Shown here piece after piece: positions 63,704 to 64,000 of a stretch of DNA of 64,000 nucleotides. This DNA is from Botryllus schlosseri. Lineage: Eukaryota. The stretch is from the NCBI GenBank assembly GCA_051294905.1, contig CM119374.1:19344001-19408000 (forward strand), given 5' to 3'. A model generated the notes under the pieces. That model did not search any database. It was not told the DNA's origin and was given only the letters and a program-made list of their open reading frames with translations. A program made the position numbers and the translations under genes. The first letter of the stretch is position 1, and each line of letters opens with the position of its first letter.

Positions 63704-64000
63704 CTCGTCGAAGAAGCAGTGCCCGAAAAATCCGCCGCTTTCATCAGCTGGTCTTTAAAAAACGAGGTGGACTGGTAGCGGTGGTCAACGCCGGAAAATA
63801 GCGTGTTTGTGTACGTCAAAGTCGACAACGAATGATTCGACATTTGTCTGTCGGCCGACACGTTCTGACTCGAAATACCCGTCACCGGCGATTGCGTGTC
63901 GGAAAACTCATACCAACACCACCGCCCCCGAGTTCGTTTTGTGGGCTGCGCGTTTTCGCGCTTCACGACTTTATAGACTCGAGTGCCCGGCGCTTTACTG
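63704..64000 (-). CDS. TSC22D: Long-isoform TSC22/bunched exon, 3' part (open to the window edge)
   Basis: RVYKVVKRENAQPTKRTRGRWCWYEFSD resembles conserved motif 2 of long TSC22D/BunA isoforms (RFRVVK...KGRW.C.EF). GAG|GTCAGT donor, phase 2. Confidence 0.85.

Overview
This is AT-rich, intron-rich animal genomic DNA (spliceosomal GT-AG introns; host species cannot be determined from the sequence). Most of the short ORFs in the supplied track are noise. There are two host genes. A ZYG11-family Cullin-2 substrate receptor runs on + (11 well-supported exons, 17781-33417; its 5' part was not resolved). A long-isoform TSC22/bunched-type gene runs on - (7 exons, 49078 to the window edge). A decayed multi-exon DUF4806-like gene lies between them (35.3-39.6 kb). 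The most notable content is an endogenous Polinton/Maverick (adintovirus-like) virion module at about 8-17.5 kb: a small basic core-type ORF, a major capsid protein (MCP) gene and an adenain-type protease gene. It has been broken up by hAT-type elements and a tRNA-derived SINE. Removing these insertions at their target-site duplications (TSDs) rejoins the capsid reading frame, and the capsid N-terminus lies inverted relative to its C-terminus. Also present are Penelope-like retroelement copies with a GIY-YIG ORF and minimal hammerhead ribozyme motifs, an internally deleted RNase H-bearing LINE, many nested hAT/pogo MITEs with readable TSDs, and 34-52 bp hairpin insertions flanked by 8-bp TSDs. 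All protein family calls come from motif recognition by eye, not from database searches.
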